DNA from: Eledone cirrhosa
Taxonomy: Eukaryota
Assembly: GCA_964016885.1 (NCBI GenBank)
Contig: OZ024751.1
Coordinates: 38,316,001-38,380,000, forward strand
Length of the DNA stretch: 64,000 nucleotides
Direction: 5' to 3'
A program made the position numbers and the translations under genes. Below, one piece after another: positions 60,354 to 64,000 of this stretch; the first letter of the stretch is position 1; the number at the start of each line of letters is the position of its first letter. The notes beneath the pieces are model-generated. The model made no database searches. It saw only the letters and a program-made list of their open reading frames with translations, and was not told where the DNA came from.

Positions 60354-60476
60354 TACACATACATACACATACACACACATATATACATACATTAGTGATT
60401 TAACATTTACAAAATTCATTTAACACTAGGTAACAGACATAAAAGTCAATCCAAACCTGACTATACAACGTTCATT

Positions 60477-60659
60477 GCGGTGGGTTGGCAGTATCGATAG
60501 AGGGTCGGACGCCATGCTTGCAGTACAGTTACGTCCCTTTACGGACTGAGTTCAAATCCCGCCGAGGTTAACTTTGCCTTTCATCCTTACGGGGTCGATG
60601 AAATAAAGTACCAGTAATGTATTGGGATAATTGCTGGCCTTGTGCTAAAAGTAGAAATA
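60477..60659 (+). mobile_element. Near full-length SINE family A
   Basis: TGGCAGTATCGA...GAGTTCAAATCCCGCCGAGG...GGCCTTGTGCTAAAAGTAGAAA. Confidence 0.9.
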
Positions 60660-61134
60660 TTAATTTGTATTAGAGGAGAAGAATTCCCACCAAAATTCCG
60701 AGAGTGATATTATCTCACATGGTTTTTTTAGAACAAACAGTCTACAATATACGGTCTTTACCGTATTGTAGCGAGCCACTTTTAGGTTTATTTCAAATAA
60801 CTCAGAACTTACGTCACGCGCATATCACACATACCTATGACTAATTCATGAATTATGTTAGGCACACAACAAAACATGCGCTTGATTCAAAGTATGTACT
60901 GCTGTAGCATATAGTCTAAGAGATGTTTTGAAAGTTACAGCCCTTTTCTAGATGAGATATCTTCACGAGAAAAAAAGCATATTTCGAGAACAAACGGTTC
61001 TTTAAATTCAGCCTTTGCGCTTAAAGGTATAGACCAGTCTTGCAATGACACTTCCATTATGTAGCACCGGACAATACTGGACCACGAAACCTGAAGATAT
61101 TCTGCTGTCCGCTTTCCTGAAAGTTTCTTACCGC

Positions 61135-61227
<93 letters not shown>

Positions 61228-61363
61228 ACAAATCAAATTTGATGCAGATATTAAAAGTATATATCTTAACTTTACAATTTTTTTTCCACTTCATCTATAA
61301 ACCTGCGAATTAATATATGTCTGTATTACACACAGTCACACACACTATATAGTTAAACAGATT

Positions 61364-61448
<85 letters not shown>

Positions 61449-61760
61449 TACATGTGTGTCAGGTGTGAAACTATATCCGAAGTTCTGTATATATCTATGA
61501 TATATATGTACATCTTGAATGATTCTTCCTGTGATTGATAGCACTTTACATCATGTTTGTATTTCTAATTATATAATACATTTTGGCTTGAAAAATATAA
61601 TAAAATTACGTTGAAGATATATCGCTTTCCCTCCTCCAGAGAATAAAATTTCCTTCAACTAAAGTAATGTTGCGACGGAAAATTTATTCAAATTAACGCC
61701 TTGAAAACCTAGCTTCTCTACTAAAATAGGCGCGTTTCCAAAATTTTATTCAGTGCAGCG

Positions 61761-61781
61761 AAAGTTGATATTCTTCATCTC

Positions 61782-61812
<31 letters not shown>

Positions 61813-61831
61813 GCTGAGATAAAGAATATCA

Positions 61832-61836
<5 letters not shown>
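61761..61836. repeat. 76-bp near-perfect palindrome centred on (TA)n
   Basis: AAAGTTGATATTCTTCATCTCTGC-(AT)n-GCTGAGATAAAGAATATCAACTTT, 2 mismatches. Confidence 0.85.
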
Positions 61837-61898
<62 letters not shown>

Positions 61899-62146
61899 GT
61901 ATGTATGACATATGTATGTGTGCATTATGTATGTGTTTCTATGTATGTATATTTTTTGTCATTAAATGTTCTCGAAATACGTTGTAATATATACATACTT
62001 GACTATAAATACATTACACGTCAGAGATTATTATCACAAATACATAGGCATATATATATATATATATATATACTGACTTGAATACATATATATATTTACG
62101 CATATATAGACACATCTGTAGTATATGTATTTGTAAACACACACAT

Positions 62147-62188
<42 letters not shown>

Positions 62189-62190
<2 letters not shown>

Positions 62191-62611
62191 CACCTTGATC
62201 TCCTTGACCGACCAGTCTGTCGGGCGTCCATTCAGCGCCGCTGGTCACACCACGCCGTCCATTCCTTTATGGATCGTGCTTTTCTCATCCATGTAGTCCC
62301 AATCGTATTCTTAAAATCGTAACTCTTCCCTCGCGGAGGCCTTCCGTGTGGTCGTTTCCGCTCGCGCGGGTACAACCCCGGCAACTGCGCGGGTCCACCG
62401 ATTATCGGTGAACCGGGCGACGTGTCCAGCCCATCTGAACCTGCTGCGCATATATTCCGTGATGGCGTCCCTCACGCCGGACTTCTGTCTGATGACTTCG
62501 CTCCTGATGTGCTCTCTCAACGAGATTTCTAGCATTGATCTCTCCATGTTGTATGGCAGTGAAACTTGGGCTACAACTAAGAGAGAAGAGCAGACGCTGG
62601 TAACGGCTCAA
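62189..62611 (-). mobile_element. 5'-truncated RTE-clade LINE with inverted 5' segment
   Basis: Minus strand MERSML..SLREHIRSE.IR...RWAGHVAR..DNRW, an RTE C-terminal motif, ending in a CAAGG(A/T)GAT tandem tail. Plus strand 62546-62611 encodes MLYGSETWATTKREEQTLVTAQ. Confidence 0.85.
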
Positions 62612-62615
62612 ATAA

Positions 62616-62660
<45 letters not shown>

Positions 62661-62709
62661 AATCTTTGTGGGCGTATATGATCGTATAAAACAGTAAGAT
62701 ACATCAATG

Positions 62710-62872
62710 TTCGTTCAAATTTTAGATGCTAATAGTGAAGCTTCTCATAACATTTAAATAATCAACGGGGGCCGTTACAATAAACTACCGTTCAAGAAGT
62801 GTGCTCGATATAATTGACTCTTCTCTCTCCTAAAAATTGGTGAATTTGTGCCTAAATGGGAAATCATTATTA
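62710..62872 (+). mobile_element. Old SINE family A-related copy
   Basis: GTTCAAAT ... TCGATATAATTGACT ... AATTGGTGAATTTGTGCCTAAATGGGAAATCATTATT. Confidence 0.5.
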
Positions 62873-64000
62873 AGCTGGTTTTGCCCCTAGGCCACCACCA
62901 CGAGTCCGTATATCCATATAATTAAACTAATTACAAACACCCGTATACATTTTTAGACATTTTTTCAAATTGAAATTTGGTTAGCCCCTATTTCTACCAG
63001 TGCAATCTAAAACAGAATCGCTATAAAGGAAGGAATCTCTTTAAAGATGGCATTGGAAATGGAAAATCTTTGGAGTATTTTCCTTAGTAATTAGGTTAGA
63101 GTATTATGACTGTTTTGGTTAATCCGCTAAATATGTATGTCTATGTGTAAACAGACGTTATGTAAATCTATTGCGTAATAGATTAATCATCTAGATCTCA
63201 TCCTTATTCTTCATCTCCTCTCCATTACAGGCCTTTTCCTTCTGTGAAAGAAATTGCCTGTGTTCAGAGATAGATATGGATAAGATTCTCTAGGTCTAAA
63301 ATGCTCCGAAAATTCCACTTGTCTCTTCTGCCCCTCTAAAACAGCACCAAACGTTACAAGTCGATACCCACACGCATATTAAATGCAGTTTTAAATGAAA
63401 TTGGATTTCAATAATTCTATTTAATATTATGTAAATGATTTACGAAATTAATTCATATGTAGTTCAAATACTTAAAATTATCACATTAGATATTTGATAA
63501 AAAGGTCTATCAATTAAACTTATTACACTTTTTTCCCCAAAGAAGCAATGTTTTGAAATAAATGTATGAACAAATGATTTTGCATAACTTATAGAATTAT
63601 GGCTATATAACCATCGAGCAGTGGACAGAATTTCAAATCACACATGTTCTGAACAGTTTACCCTTAATATTTATAGATAATATGTTTGCAAAAATATACT
63701 TAATACTTTCTAGATATTTTTTCATTCCATATAAGTTTTCTACTGAGCAGCTTTTTTCTTTATCACGAGTTTTATTTCGTGGTTATTCATACTTTATGCG
63801 TACCTAAACTCGTTTTCAAATCCTTTTAGTATCCCCTCAGTCACAGATTTATTCAGTAAATATATTTAAAGTTTTTTGTTATATCTTCTTATTTTTTTCT
63901 ATCCAATTTATCTAATATAACTTGTGTCGTCTAATCACCATTATCGTATTCATCATCGCCATTTTCCACCATATTTTTGTCTTCTTTGTATATTTCTTAT

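Overview
AT-rich, microsatellite-dense animal genomic DNA, intergenic or intronic. The SINE repertoire and (TA)n/(CA)n load resemble an octopus (coleoid) genome; that is inference. No host exon can be supported, and nearly all listed ORFs are microsatellite artefacts. Supported content: (1) a nearly full-length, inactivated Tx1/L1-clade LINE (26831-32495, minus) with a 12-bp (AAT)4 TSD; (2) about a dozen copies of a tRNA-derived SINE whose 3' stem-loop, spacing and ATTAT(T) target match the LINE's 3' end, suggesting a target-specific LINE/SINE pair; (3) several fold-back elements inserted in (TA)n that carry minimal type I hammerhead ribozymes, three with a complete motif on both strands, typical of Penelope-like pLTR fragments, with covarying stems; (4) an RTE LINE fragment with a twin-priming-type 5' inversion; (5) a mariner relic, older SINEs and large (TA)n and (GGT)n arrays. 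All alignments, folds and coordinates were worked out by eye.
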